In this document: positions 38,361 through 48,977 of the stretch, piece by piece
Layout: each line of letters begins with the position of its first letter
How positions within the stretch are numbered: the stretch's first letter is position 1
NCBI GenBank assembly: GCA_964560675.1
Contig: CAZLMA010000005.1
Location: forward strand, 7,473-71,472
Direction of reading: 5' to 3'
From: an uncultured Subdoligranulum sp.
Lineage (GTDB): Bacteria > Bacillota > Clostridia > Oscillospirales > Ruminococcaceae
DNA: 64,000 nt
Notes under the pieces: generated by a model
What the model was told of the DNA's origin: nothing
The model's input: the letters and a program-made list of their open reading frames with translations, nothing else
The model's database searches: none
Position numbers and translations under genes: made by a program

Positions 38361-38390
38361 ACCGTCCGGGTTCTTCCCGGGCGGTTTTTT
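38361..38390 (+). terminator. Intrinsic terminator after htpG
   Basis: ACCGTCCGGG/CCCGGGCGGT stem followed by TTTTT. Confidence 0.8.
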
Positions 38391-38410
38391 CTTTCCATAT
38401 GGATTTTGTT

Positions 38411-39733
38411 TTACAGCATCTCAACGCCGTCTGCCGTTACGCGTGCATAGAGAAGCGGCGGCAGCGTCGGCTTCTGTGGGCCAATGGCCATGCCGGATAG
38501 GTAGATCTCTTCTGCCTCGCGGAATTTTACAGGGTCTGAGGCATAGAATGTTGCGATCCGATCGCCTTTCTTGACGAAATCTCCCAATTTCCTGTGCAGA
38601 ACGATACCTGCCGTGGGATCGATTTTATCCTCCTTGGTCAGTCGTCCGGCACCCAGCGCCACACTGGCAGCGCCGATACATTCCCCATCGTTTTGAGTAA
38701 TAAAGCCATCCGACGGTGCCTTGAGCGCAGCCTGATACGGCGCGCGGGGCAAGGTTTCTGGATGTGCCAGCATCCTGGAATCGCCGCCCTGCGCAGAAAA
38801 CACCTGGCAGCATTTTCGGAATGCCGAGCCGTCGGCGAGCGTTTGTTGGGCCATACTGCGGCACGCCTCTTGTGCTCCTTTTCCTGCTAGGACCAACATA
38901 TCCGTGGCCAATTGGAGACAAATTTCCTTCAAATCCGCCGGACCGCGGCCGCGCAGTACCTCGATGCTCTCTGCGATTTCCAAGGTATTGCCGACAGCAA
39001 AGCCGAGCGGTTTTTCCATATCCGTGAGCAAGGCCGCGACTTTTCGCCCGTGCTCCGTGCCGATTTTCACCATCAGGCGTGCCAGTTCCAGTGCTTGCGG
39101 AAGTTCTTTCATGAAGGCGCCGCTGCCGACGGTGACATCCAGAAGAATCGCATCACAACCCGACGCCAGCTTTTTGCTTAGGATGGAAGAGGCGATCAGG
39201 GGGATGCAATCAACGGTTGCCGTGACATCGCGCAGCGCATAAAGCTTTTTATCCGCTACTGCGATCTGTTCACTCTGACCGATTACGGCAAGGCCGATCC
39301 TGTTTACCTGTGAAATGAATTCCCTCTGCGTCATCTCGGTGCGCGTGCCGGGCACCGATTCTAACTTGTCAAGGGTACCACCTGTATGTCCTAAGCCGCG
39401 GCCGCTCATTTTAGCTACCTTCACACCGCATGCCGCCACAATCGGCGCCACGACAAGCGTTGTCTTATCCCCCACACCGCCGGTAGAATGTTTGTCAACC
39501 TTGACGCCGTCGATTGCAGAAAGGTCGAAAGAAATACCACTACTTACCATGACATCGGTGAGGATCGCGGTTTCTTCCGGTGTCATACCGCGCAGGTAGA
39601 TCGCCATCAACAGCGCGCTCATCTGATAATCCGGCACAGTACCAGCCACATACCCGCCAACGGCACAGGACAACTCCTCTTTAGAAAGAGCTTTACCGTC
39701 TCGCTTTTTGGCTATGATATCATACATTCGCAT
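38411..39733 (-). CDS. pdp: Pyrimidine-nucleoside phosphorylase
   Basis: DKHSTGGVGDK, KMSGRGLGHTGGTLDKLES, ADKKLYALRDVT, SILSKK. Confidence 0.96.
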   Translation of the reverse strand: MRMYDIIAKKRDGKALSKEELSCAVGGYVAGTVPDYQMSALLMAIYLRGMTPEETAILTDVMVSSGISFDLSAIDGVKVDKHSTGGVGDKTTLVVAPIVAACGVKVAKMSGRGLGHTGGTLDKLESVPGTRTEMTQREFISQVNRIGLAVIGQSEQIAVADKKLYALRDVTATVDCIPLIASSILSKKLASGCDAILLDVTVGSGAFMKELPQALELARLMVKIGTEHGRKVAALLTDMEKPLGFAVGNTLEIAESIEVLRGRGPADLKEICLQLATDMLVLAGKGAQEACRSMAQQTLADGSAFRKCCQVFSAQGGDSRMLAHPETLPRAPYQAALKAPSDGFITQNDGECIGAASVALGAGRLTKEDKIDPTAGIVLHRKLGDFVKKGDRIATFYASDPVKFREAEEIYLSGMAIGPQKPTLPPLLYARVTADGVEML

Positions 39734-39823
39734 GGCTTTCCTCTCCTAAAGATCCCGGCCAATCGATGTTCTTTCTAATTAAAAGGCAAAAGGCGGTACT
39801 GTGCAACGCAGGTTTAGGAGCGG

Positions 39824-41002
39824 TCAGGATTCTTCCAGCACAATCTCCACATTGTCTGTCGCGGGCAGCACATCCCGATCCGAGATAACCTCTATAACAA
39901 CGCCATTGTCGCGTATCGCTATATATTGCTCAGAATAATCGTTTTGGGTAAAATTTTTAAAACGCCAAGTGGTAGAGGGAAGCGCGACGCCATTTTCAAG
40001 AACGCCGAGACGTACGGTCTGTCCCGCGTCGGCATGATTCCAGACGCCGCCGGAGGAAAAATAGGTGTACAGCTGGTTTTGTAAGGCGGTGGAATAGCAG
40101 CGGACAGCCGTTGTGAGAATCTTATTGGATGTGTTATTCTGATTAGCGCCTCCTGCAATCAAAAAGCCTTCGTGGTAATGGTCAACCGCCTGCAAAGAGC
40201 CCTGCAAAATGTTTTCATCGAGCGCGAACACGACTTGGGTGCCCTCGTCATACCAATTTGTCACATGTTGCGCGATCTCATCCGTTGTGCGGCCAACGGC
40301 ATTATACCAAACCCGGCAAGTGACATAAACGCCCTGCATACGTGCGCCGGCCTCGGCGCCCTGAATAAAACCCGTCGCACTTCTGACCGTCTCCGGCATG
40401 GCACCGGAAGCGGCAATCGCGAGCTGGGTGTATCCTTCTACTACCGCCGCATACCCCGCCAACCAGGCGGCCTGTTCCACCCGGAACAGCACGCTGTGTA
40501 CATTTTCTGCCGCCTTGTAATCAGAATACTCTTTGTTATGAGGCTCTGCGTCCAGCAAGAGGAAATCGGTAGCGGCCAGCGATTCTTGCAGATCGTACAG
40601 CGCTACCGCCATATTCTCGCCGCCGCAGACAATCAGTGCAGCATTTTCATCTGCAGCGGATCGGAAGGCGGCCTGCGCAGATTCCTCCCCTTCTTCCTGT
40701 TGCGTAACAGAAATAGCTTTGAAACCAAAGTTGTCGCAGAAAATCTTCACACCACTCCAAAGAGCCGTGTTGAAAACCGATCCGTCCGCGCCTGCACAGT
40801 CAAATACGACACAAACCTTCTCACCGGCGCCGTCAATGGGTACATCCACGTCCTGTGCACGCAACACATAGTAGTCGTCATCGATCTGCGCAAACGGCTC
40901 CGACGTTGGCTGCACTTCCTCCTGTGGTTTTCCGGCGCAGCCCGCAAGCAGTAAGATCGTGCATAACGTCGCCATGAATTTCGATACCTGCATAGCCTTC
41001 AT
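39824..41002 (-). CDS. BMP family ABC-transporter substrate-binding lipoprotein (nucleoside-binding type)
   Basis: Lipobox LLAG-C, DGSVFNTALWSGV, LFRVEQAAWLAGYAA; sits between deoD and pdp. Confidence 0.8.
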   Translation of the reverse strand: MKAMQVSKFMATLCTILLLAGCAGKPQEEVQPTSEPFAQIDDDYYVLRAQDVDVPIDGAGEKVCVVFDCAGADGSVFNTALWSGVKIFCDNFGFKAISVTQQEEGEESAQAAFRSAADENAALIVCGGENMAVALYDLQESLAATDFLLLDAEPHNKEYSDYKAAENVHSVLFRVEQAAWLAGYAAVVEGYTQLAIAASGAMPETVRSATGFIQGAEAGARMQGVYVTCRVWYNAVGRTTDEIAQHVTNWYDEGTQVVFALDENILQGSLQAVDHYHEGFLIAGGANQNNTSNKILTTAVRCYSTALQNQLYTYFSSGGVWNHADAGQTVRLGVLENGVALPSTTWRFKNFTQNDYSEQYIAIRDNGVVIEVISDRDVLPATDNVEIVLEES

Positions 41003-41018
41003 GGGTGTCAGGAACTCC

Positions 41019-41741
41019 TTACTCAATGGCGCCCAAGGCGATTTTAACCATATCGGTAAAACCGTTCTGCCGCTCCTGGGCGGTCGTTATATCCGGTGAG
41101 ACAAAACTGTCCGAGATCGTCAAAAGAGCAGCGGCGTTCTTGCCGAGAATTTTCGCGTTGTGAAAAAGGGCAAAGCTCTCCATTTCAACACAGACACATC
41201 CTTTTTCTTCCCGCAGTCGTTCCCAGTAGGCGATTTTCTCATCGTCAAAGGGCTCGCGGTAAAAAACATCGGTGGAATGGATCAGTCCCTCCGTCAGCGG
41301 TATTTTTAACGCGGCGGCGCTTGCCAGCAGCGCGCGATTCAGCTCTGCGTCTGGGTATTGGATCTCGGCCGGATCGCCGGACTGAACTTTCGCGTAACTG
41401 CTCTGCGAGAATGCGGCGGTTGCGAGCACTACATCAAACAGGTGCACGCGCGCGGTGTAAGCCCCCGCGGAGCCAAGGCGGATGATGTTGTCAACCCCGT
41501 AATCTTTGTACAGTTCATAAGAATAGATACCGATGGATGGCATCCCCATGCCGCTGCCCATAACGCTGACCGGTTTGCCCCGGTAGGTTCCGGTAAAGCC
41601 TAACATGCCGCGGACATCCGTTACCAAAATGGCTTCGTCAAGGAAAGTCTCTGCAATAAACTTGGCGCGCAACGGATCCCCGGGCATAAGAACCGTGCTG
41701 GCAAAATCGCCCCGGTTGGCTCGGTTGTGTGGTGTCGACAT
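41019..41741 (-). CDS. deoD: Purine-nucleoside phosphorylase (DeoD type)
   Basis: VLMPGDPLRAKFIAE, GSGMGMPSIGIYSYEL, IIRLGSAG, VEMESFAL. Confidence 0.97.
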   Translation of the reverse strand: MSTPHNRANRGDFASTVLMPGDPLRAKFIAETFLDEAILVTDVRGMLGFTGTYRGKPVSVMGSGMGMPSIGIYSYELYKDYGVDNIIRLGSAGAYTARVHLFDVVLATAAFSQSSYAKVQSGDPAEIQYPDAELNRALLASAAALKIPLTEGLIHSTDVFYREPFDDEKIAYWERLREEKGCVCVEMESFALFHNAKILGKNAAALLTISDSFVSPDITTAQERQNGFTDMVKIALGAIE

Positions 41742-41805
41742 AGTAAGAGCCTCCTTGTCATGACGTGGGGTTTTGGCCTGTTCTCTGCGAAAGAAGGAAT
41801 AGAAA

Positions 41806-42723
41806 TTGCCGATGCTTCCAAACCATTGCACGCTGTGTCCCCGCGCATGCTGTGCAAATCGCGCAGCCGGGCTAAAAGGCTTTTGCGGTGCGGGAGACGA
41901 ACTGCAAGCCGCCCTGGCCTGCCTTCATCATGGGGAAGAACCCTGCATCAGCGGTGAGCCGGATACCGGTCCGGGCAGCGGCACCGTATTTTTCAGCGGC
42001 TGCACACTCCGGTGCGGCTACTGCCAAAACTACCCGATCAGCCAAGGCGGGGTTGGCAAAGCCATCACGCAGCAACGTCTTTCCGAGATCTTTTGGGAGT
42101 TGCAGGCAAAGGGGGCGAGGAACCTCAACCTTGTAACCGCCACACAGTGGCTGCCCTGGGTTCTGCCTGCGCTGGACGAGGCGCGCAGACGCGGCGTAAC
42201 CTTGCCGGTCGTTTATAACACAAGCGGATACGAAACCGAGCCGACTGTCTTAACTCTGGCCCCTTACGTGGATATCTGGCTGACAGACTGGAAGTACGCA
42301 AGCTCTCAACGCAGTCTTCGCTTTTCGGGTGCGTCCGATTACCCCGAAATCTGCGAGGCGGCTTTGCGCCAAATGCTAACGCAAACCGGCGCTTTTACGT
42401 TTGATGAAGATGGATTTTTAAAAAAAGGCGTCCTTGTAAGGCATTTGGTACTGCCGGGTCAGGTTTCCGACTCTTTAGAAGTGTTAGAGCGCTTAGCGGA
42501 TTTGCGAGAAAAAACCGGAGTGCCCTTTTTGCTCTCGCTTCTTCGTCAATTTACGCCTTGTTATCACGCCGATCAATTGGGCCTACACCGCAAGGTAACG
42601 AGCTATGAATACCGTAAAGTCGTGGACAGGGCCGTATCTTTGGGTCTTATCGATGGTTATACCCAGGACGCAAGCAGCGCCACCGAAGAATACACGCCAA
42701 CGTTTGACTTTGCGGGTATCTAA
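41806..42723 (+). CDS. Radical SAM protein (PflX-like)
   Basis: CTLCPRAC N-terminus, HHGEEPCISG, CTLRCGYCQN (CxxxCxxC), VLVRHLVLPG. Confidence 0.88.
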   Translation: MPMLPNHCTLCPRACCANRAAGLKGFCGAGDELQAALACLHHGEEPCISGEPDTGPGSGTVFFSGCTLRCGYCQNYPISQGGVGKAITQQRLSEIFWELQAKGARNLNLVTATQWLPWVLPALDEARRRGVTLPVVYNTSGYETEPTVLTLAPYVDIWLTDWKYASSQRSLRFSGASDYPEICEAALRQMLTQTGAFTFDEDGFLKKGVLVRHLVLPGQVSDSLEVLERLADLREKTGVPFLLSLLRQFTPCYHADQLGLHRKVTSYEYRKVVDRAVSLGLIDGYTQDASSATEEYTPTFDFAGI

Positions 42724-42788
42724 ACGGTTTTTTACGCCATGCCGTCCTTCCGGGATCGCCTTGCTGTTTTCCACTGGGCAACCCGAGA

Positions 42789-44015
42789 CTAGGGTGCCGC
42801 CTGGTCTGCAGCATTTTCCCCTGGGGGCTCCTCCGCAGGCGGTTGCGCCGTGGGGTCGGTATCGCTGCTGTCCTCTGGGCGCAAATAAGCCCATATTTCG
42901 CCGTCGGAGCGCTGATACGATACGTCAAGTACACCGTGATCCGTGGCTCCTAAGCCCTGCCCCTGTACGTCCAGAATTGTGGTGGACGCGAGCTTGAGTT
43001 TATCTTCTAGATTATGCATGGTGCCCAGCACAACCTGCAGGCGATTTTCATAGCGAAAAGAGAGCTCACTTATATCGGCCACCGAAATGCCGGTCGTGCC
43101 GTCGAGCAAGCCGTAGGTATCCAGCGCGCCGACCAGCGTGAGCAAGATCTCGTTCGCATCTTCCGTATCCGTGCCGGCTAGAGGAACCGGCGTCGGGAGA
43201 GCCCTGTCGCCCTGCGTTGCATCGTTATTGCCCGCCTGCGTGAGCGCGTTATAAGTTTCCAGCTTAAGGTATTGCCCCGGCACGCTGGGCATAATCGCGG
43301 GCAGCTTGGCATCCAGCGCGATCAGGCCCTCCGGAAAGGTATCGCCAGTCCTGAGAACCTTGAGCTGATCGCTTAAAATTAACCAGCTATCCGTCAGGGA
43401 CACAGCGAAAGTCTCCTTGGCCGGACGCACGCGTACAACAACGGTTCCCGGTAAACTGATTCTTACCTTAACTTCATCAAGGTACGGGAGCTGCGCCGCA
43501 AGTTGTTCGCTCTCCTGCGCGGTAGAAAAACCGAACAGATTATCCCCTGGTGCCACCTGCAGCAAATCCAGAATCTGCTGCTCTGTGTAAATTCCCGGAT
43601 CAGCGGGGGTGTTGCCATCCATATCGGTGATTCGATAGTCGGTCACCTTGAAAAGCAGACTGACCGAGAGAAGGACACCCAGCAGCAGCACCACCAGCAC
43701 AAGAAAAACGCCTAACAGGGCGCGGTTGCGGCGCTGCCGTCGGCGCTGCGCTGCCGTGACCCTGCGAACGGCGGGGCCGTTTGTAGATCGTGCGCCGGAT
43801 CCCCGTGCGCGGCTGGAAGAGGATCGGGAAGTGTCTGCAGCGGCCCTGCGATAGGGATCCGCCTTCGTATCATAGCCTGGAGGCGCACTCTGCCGCGGCG
43901 CGTAGATGCTCGCCCGCCCACGAAAAGAGGCAGGATCGCTTTGCACAGACGCGAAAGAAGCGAAAGACCTCTGGTTGCGCATATCGCGTTCCATTCCCCT
44001 TACCTCCTTTCGCAC
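42789..44015 (-). CDS. FtsQ/DivIB-like cell division protein (POTRA)
   Basis: Basic N-terminus, single TM, GDNLF..., LPYLDEVKVRISLPGTVVV; last gene of the dcw run. Confidence 0.75.
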   Translation of the reverse strand: MRKEVRGMERDMRNQRSFASFASVQSDPASFRGRASIYAPRQSAPPGYDTKADPYRRAAADTSRSSSSRARGSGARSTNGPAVRRVTAAQRRRQRRNRALLGVFLVLVVLLLGVLLSVSLLFKVTDYRITDMDGNTPADPGIYTEQQILDLLQVAPGDNLFGFSTAQESEQLAAQLPYLDEVKVRISLPGTVVVRVRPAKETFAVSLTDSWLILSDQLKVLRTGDTFPEGLIALDAKLPAIMPSVPGQYLKLETYNALTQAGNNDATQGDRALPTPVPLAGTDTEDANEILLTLVGALDTYGLLDGTTGISVADISELSFRYENRLQVVLGTMHNLEDKLKLASTTILDVQGQGLGATDHGVLDVSYQRSDGEIWAYLRPEDSSDTDPTAQPPAEEPPGENAADQAAP

Positions 44016-44027
44016 CGCTAACGGCTT

Positions 44028-45149
44028 TTAACCTGTCAATTCTTTCAGTTTGTTCACGATAAGCGCAAGGCTGGAAGGATTGCCCAGTTTTTTAGCGTTT
44101 TGGCCCATCTGGGCAAGTCGGTCCGGCTGGGTGAGTAACGAGTGAACCATCTCGCAGAGCTTTTGACCGGACAAATCTTTCTCTTCGACAACCAGTGCCG
44201 CATCGACATTTTGCAGTTCAAGCGCATTGTAATACTGATGATTTTCCGCCACATTCGGACTGGGAATCAGGATGGACGCTTTGCCCATGACCTCCAGTTC
44301 CGCCAGCGTCAGCGCGCCTGCGCGGGAAATTACCAAATCAGACGCCGCCAACAGCATAGGAATATCATCAAAGTAAGTGCGTACCACCAAATTGTCATTG
44401 GGGGCAAAGCCCTGTTTTTTTTCAAGTTCTTCGAACAGCCGCACGCCGCGGCTGCCGGTTGCATGCATATGGAAAAGCGGCAGATCGCTTTTTGATTCCC
44501 AGGCGCACAAATCCGCTATGACCTGATTGATGCGTTCTGCGCCGAGACTTCCGCCGAAGCTCAGGATCATCGTGCGGTTACCGACGTTAAGCGTCTTTCG
44601 GGCCAAATCCCGCTTACCTGCCCAGTCCAAAATTTCTTGCCTGACCGGGTTACCGGTAACAATCGTCTTTTCCGGCGCACCCAGTTTCTCAACAGCCGCC
44701 GCGCTGGCGGCGAAAATCTGATCCACTTGTTTCGCCAAAAGTTTGTTGGTCACACCGGGGAATGCGTTTTGCTCGTGGATGGCCGTGCGGATTCCGGCCT
44801 TTGCCGCACAGAGCACAATCGGACCGCTCACATAGCCGCCGCAGCCAACGACCAAATCCGGCTGCACTTCACGTACGATCGCCTTGGCGCGCGGTCCCGA
44901 CAACGCCAAATGCCAGACGGCGACAACATTGCGTACAATATTTTCCGGCGTCATTTTACGCTGAAAGCCGTTGACTTCAATGTTGTGAAAGGGATAGCCC
45001 GCCAGCTTGACAAGGTCATATTCCATCCCCTTTTTTCGGCCGGCGAAATGAACCGCTACATCCTTGTCCGCCGCACGAAGCGCACCGGCGATCGCCAGCG
45101 CCGGGTTTATATGGCCGGCCGTCCCGCCGGCCGCAATCAAAACACGCAT
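44028..45149 (-). CDS. murG: Undecaprenyl-PP-MurNAc-pentapeptide GlcNAc transferase
   Basis: AGGTAGHINPA, GCGGYVSGP, HEQNAFPG, GGSLGA, SRAGA, ENHQYYNA. Confidence 0.97.
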   Translation of the reverse strand: MRVLIAAGGTAGHINPALAIAGALRAADKDVAVHFAGRKKGMEYDLVKLAGYPFHNIEVNGFQRKMTPENIVRNVVAVWHLALSGPRAKAIVREVQPDLVVGCGGYVSGPIVLCAAKAGIRTAIHEQNAFPGVTNKLLAKQVDQIFAASAAAVEKLGAPEKTIVTGNPVRQEILDWAGKRDLARKTLNVGNRTMILSFGGSLGAERINQVIADLCAWESKSDLPLFHMHATGSRGVRLFEELEKKQGFAPNDNLVVRTYFDDIPMLLAASDLVISRAGALTLAELEVMGKASILIPSPNVAENHQYYNALELQNVDAALVVEEKDLSGQKLCEMVHSLLTQPDRLAQMGQNAKKLGNPSSLALIVNKLKELTG

Positions 45150-45170
45150 TCAAAGCCCCCATGGCTGTGT

Positions 45171-46436
45171 TCATCCGTTAACGGCTTGCCTTCTGCGCAC
45201 ATAAACCTGCCTCTTTGCCGTTTGTTTCTCTCTTCGTGCTAAATTCGCGTTGCCGGCACGCGATATACTGAGCATAACGCCCATCTGTGCGAGTAGTAAG
45301 AGAAGGCTGGTACCGCCGGCTGAGAAAAACGGAAGGCTGATGCCAGTATTGGGCGTCGCGCCGGTGACCGTTCCGATATGGAAAAAAATCTGCCACGCGA
45401 TCTGCGCCGTGATCCCGATCGCCACCATGCTGCCGAAGAAATCGGGCGCACGGAGGGCAATCAGGATGCCCTGTACGATAAAAAAGGCGAACAACAGCAT
45501 ACAAATCATGCCGCCGATAAAGCCCAGTTCCTCACACAAGATCGAAAAAATAAAGTCATTAACAGATTCTGGAAGCCACTGGTGTTTCTGACGGCTGTTT
45601 CCTAAGCCCAATCCGGTAAGGCCGCCCGAAGCGATGGAATAAACGCTCTGCTGCATTTGCCAGCCGAGTTTGGACGTATCGGCGGCGAATAAGCCCCACG
45701 ATGTCATGCGCTCGCTGGCCCAGCTGTTTTTCTCGTTCGTTAAAAACATCCATCCCGCGACACCGAGGGTCGGCACGACAACCGCCATCCACCTCAGCCC
45801 GCATCCGCCGCAAACCAGCATGGTGAAGACGATAGCTGCGATCAGTACCATCGCGGAGTGATGTGGCTCCAGCGCAAGAAGCAGCATATAGACGAGTAGC
45901 GGCAACAATGGTATCAAAATACCATGTGTCAGCGTATTGCGTTTACTATAGTGCTTAGCGGTATAAGAGGCTACACAGAGGATGGCGGAAAACTTCGCAA
46001 TTTCAGAAGGCTGCACCGTGATGGAACCGAACACAAAAATCCATCGATGCGCGCTGTTATAACTATCGCTGAACAAAGCCCAGATCAGCAGCAGAATGGT
46101 GATAAGATAAAGCGGCCAGTGGGCGTATTGCAGAGCGCGGTAGTCCATGTAGGAGACGACATACATCACCACAAGGCCAATCGCCGCCACGAAGAGCTGG
46201 GGGCGGATGTACTGGTACAGGTCGCCGGTTTTTGCATAACCCGTGGCGTAACTAGCCGAAAACAGAACAACCAGCCCATAGGCCAGCAAAACCAGAAGTG
46301 TTATAACAAATCCATGCGAGACGTGGCCGCGATCCTCTTTAGGCATGACAATGTGCCGCAAAAAGCGGAAAATGTTGCCGATAAACATGTCATAAAAGGT
46401 TGACAGTATGGCCCCGAACAGATTTCCACCGTACAT
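45171..46436 (-). CDS. ftsW: SEDS family peptidoglycan polymerase FtsW/RodA/SpoVE
   Basis: AHRWI, VQPSEIAK, SGGLTGLGLGNSRQK, PESVNDFIF, PNTGISLPFFSAGG. Confidence 0.9.
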   Translation of the reverse strand: MYGGNLFGAILSTFYDMFIGNIFRFLRHIVMPKEDRGHVSHGFVITLLVLLAYGLVVLFSASYATGYAKTGDLYQYIRPQLFVAAIGLVVMYVVSYMDYRALQYAHWPLYLITILLLIWALFSDSYNSAHRWIFVFGSITVQPSEIAKFSAILCVASYTAKHYSKRNTLTHGILIPLLPLLVYMLLLALEPHHSAMVLIAAIVFTMLVCGGCGLRWMAVVVPTLGVAGWMFLTNEKNSWASERMTSWGLFAADTSKLGWQMQQSVYSIASGGLTGLGLGNSRQKHQWLPESVNDFIFSILCEELGFIGGMICMLLFAFFIVQGILIALRAPDFFGSMVAIGITAQIAWQIFFHIGTVTGATPNTGISLPFFSAGGTSLLLLLAQMGVMLSISRAGNANLARREKQTAKRQVYVRRRQAVNG

Positions 46437-46476
46437 AGTTCCCTATTCCTTTGCTGCCAAATCAAACGACCGCGAG

Positions 46477-47490
46477 TCATAGAAGGTAAACATACAAAAC
46501 GCCCAAAGCCGCACCGCTGATGGCCAAAAGGCTGAAAAAGCCATCAATGCGGATTTCCGACCAGCCGCGCAGCTCAAAGGCGTGGTGAATAGGCGTCATC
46601 CGAAAGATCCGCTTGCCGTGCGTGACCTTAAAATAAAAGCGCTGTATCACAACGGTCATCGCGTCCCAGATATACACAGCGCCAAAGAACAGCACCAATT
46701 CGGGGCGGTTGAGGGCGAACGCGAGGCCTGCCACCATGCCACCCAAAAACATACTTCCCGTATCCCCCATAAAAACCTTTGCCGGGTAAAAGTTCCAGAT
46801 CAGGAAGCCCGCGCAACCGCCCGCCACGGCAGTTGCCATAAGCGAAACATGGTAATAAGACAAAAGGCTGGCCGCCAACAGATAGCCCAGCATAGAGACG
46901 AATGTTATACAGGAACAAAGACCGTCCAACCCGTCCGTAAGGTTGACCGCGTTGACCATAAAGACCAATCCCAGAAAAGCAATGGGATAGTAGAAAATGC
47001 CGATATCAACCGCTCCGTAAAATGGGAGAAAAATCCGGGTGCTGTCCATGCCAAGGGAATGGAGCGCTATAAGAAAAGCGGCCGACAGGGCAAACTGGAT
47101 AACCAATTTTTGCCCTTCGGTCAGGCCTTCGTTATGATGTTTGACGACTTTGATCGCATCGTCGGCAAACCCCATACAGCCATTCGCAAAGGCAAACAAC
47201 AAAACAAGCAGCATCACGTTCAATTCTCGGCGACCCAGAAGTTCCGGAGCCTGTGTATTGAACACAATCCATGCGGTACCGACAGCCGCCAGTATTCCGA
47301 AAATGAAACACAGCCCACCCATCGTGGGCGTACCGCCCTTTTTTTGGTGCCATGTGGGGCCCTCTTCCCGAATGGATTGACCAAAATGATAGCGGCGCAG
47401 GGCCGGTATCACAAAGCACCCGGATACGGCTGTTACCAAAAAGCTCACCAGCGCGGATCCGATCAACATCCGGGAGACCATCATCCCCAT
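46477..47490 (-). CDS. mraY: Phospho-MurNAc-pentapeptide transferase
   Basis: KKGGTPTMGG, DDAIK, NAVNLTDGLDGL, VFMGDTGS, MTPIHHAFE. Confidence 0.97.
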   Translation of the reverse strand: MGMMVSRMLIGSALVSFLVTAVSGCFVIPALRRYHFGQSIREEGPTWHQKKGGTPTMGGLCFIFGILAAVGTAWIVFNTQAPELLGRRELNVMLLVLLFAFANGCMGFADDAIKVVKHHNEGLTEGQKLVIQFALSAAFLIALHSLGMDSTRIFLPFYGAVDIGIFYYPIAFLGLVFMVNAVNLTDGLDGLCSCITFVSMLGYLLAASLLSYYHVSLMATAVAGGCAGFLIWNFYPAKVFMGDTGSMFLGGMVAGLAFALNRPELVLFFGAVYIWDAMTVVIQRFYFKVTHGKRIFRMTPIHHAFELRGWSEIRIDGFFSLLAISGAALGVLYVYLL

Positions 47491-47514
47491 ACCGTATACA
47501 CACCCTCTAAAAGG

Positions 47515-48885
47515 TTATTTTTGCGCAGCGACGCGGTAGTAATCTTCTAATATAGCTTCAAGTCCCATCGCATGGCTGGCTTTGACAAGTAGAACATCGC
47601 CCGGGTTCAACTGCTGCAAACAGTTTACCACGTCCTTTGCCGTTTGGCAATGCACAGTTGTCACACCCTCTTCCGCCGCCGCCTTCCCGATCTGCGCGCC
47701 CAAATCCCCGTAGGTAATCAGGGTATCTACCCCGGTTTGCGCCACTTGTTTGCCCACGGCGCGATGGGCCTCTTGCGCCACGCTGCCCAGTTCGAGCATA
47801 TCGCCCAACAGAGCAACATGACGCTTCTCTGGGCGCAGCTTGAGCACTTGCAAGGCTGCGAACATGCTCTCTGGACAGGCATTATAGCAATCCTCGATCA
47901 CGGTGATGTCGCCGCATTTTTTGATATTTTGGCGCATACCGCTGGGAACATAGTTCGCCAGCGCCGCTGCGCAGCGCACCGGTTCGAGTCCGAGACGCGT
48001 TGCGGCGGCATAGGCAGCGAGCGCGTCGCGCACCGTGTGAACGCCGACCGTGGGGATCGTCACGGCGGGCAGACTGCCGAATTCTGTGTCAAAAATCGTA
48101 AAGGTCGTGGACTGTGCGCCTTGCCGTACACTGACGGCGCGTACATCGGCGGTGTCGTTTTCAGGGTTTGCACTAAACCATACCGGCCGCAACCGCCCCG
48201 GCAGCCGCGCCTGGGCAAGCAGATCATTGTCCGCGTTCAGAATCAACGGCGCCTCATCCGGCAACCCCGCACAGATTTCCAGTTTTGCTTTCAGGATATT
48301 CTCGCGGGTGACCAGTTGTTCCAGGTGAGAAACACCGACCGTTGTGATGATCCCCGCCGCGGGTCTGGCCGCCCGTGAAAGGCGCTCAATCTCGCCGAGG
48401 CCGCTCATCCCCATCTCTAAAACCGCGTATTCGTGTGTGGATTCCAGTTCAAAAAGTGTCCAGGAGAGGCCGAGATCATTATTGTGGTTGGCGTCACTGC
48501 GCAGCGTATTGCCGAATGTGGAAAGCACCGCATAACAGAATTCTTTCGTCGTTGTTTTTCCGACGCTTCCTGTCACACCGATCATCAGCGGGCTGAACAA
48601 CATGCGGTAGTTGGCCGCCATGCGAAGCATGGCAAGGTTTTGATCCTGTACGAGTACCGTGCACCGCTCTGGTACACCCGGCACGGGGTGATTCGCCACT
48701 ATGTAGCGCGCGCCAGATCGGTACGCTTGCAGGGCAAAGTCGTGGCCGTCCACTTTGGCGCCCGGGAAACAAACAAAGACGCAACCCGGTATGACTTGGC
48801 GGCTGTCCGTAACGACACCCGTAATGATCTCATTCTCGGCGAGTGTCAGACCGGCCAGCAATTCATTGGCACGCATCGGTTGCAT
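47515..48885 (-). CDS. murF: UDP-MurNAc-tripeptide:D-Ala-D-Ala ligase
   Basis: GVTGSVGKTTTKE, NNDLG, VLEMGM, DCYNA.PESM, LGDMLELG, LVKASH. Confidence 0.95.
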   Translation of the reverse strand: MQPMRANELLAGLTLAENEIITGVVTDSRQVIPGCVFVCFPGAKVDGHDFALQAYRSGARYIVANHPVPGVPERCTVLVQDQNLAMLRMAANYRMLFSPLMIGVTGSVGKTTTKEFCYAVLSTFGNTLRSDANHNNDLGLSWTLFELESTHEYAVLEMGMSGLGEIERLSRAARPAAGIITTVGVSHLEQLVTRENILKAKLEICAGLPDEAPLILNADNDLLAQARLPGRLRPVWFSANPENDTADVRAVSVRQGAQSTTFTIFDTEFGSLPAVTIPTVGVHTVRDALAAYAAATRLGLEPVRCAAALANYVPSGMRQNIKKCGDITVIEDCYNACPESMFAALQVLKLRPEKRHVALLGDMLELGSVAQEAHRAVGKQVAQTGVDTLITYGDLGAQIGKAAAEEGVTTVHCQTAKDVVNCLQQLNPGDVLLVKASHAMGLEAILEDYYRVAAQK

Positions 48886-48977
48886 ACATGATTTCCCTCC
48901 CCCTTACAGGCAGTCAGCCTGTTGCACGCACTGCGAAGACTCTCTGCCGGCGGCAAAAAATAAAGCAAAAGCGCTTT

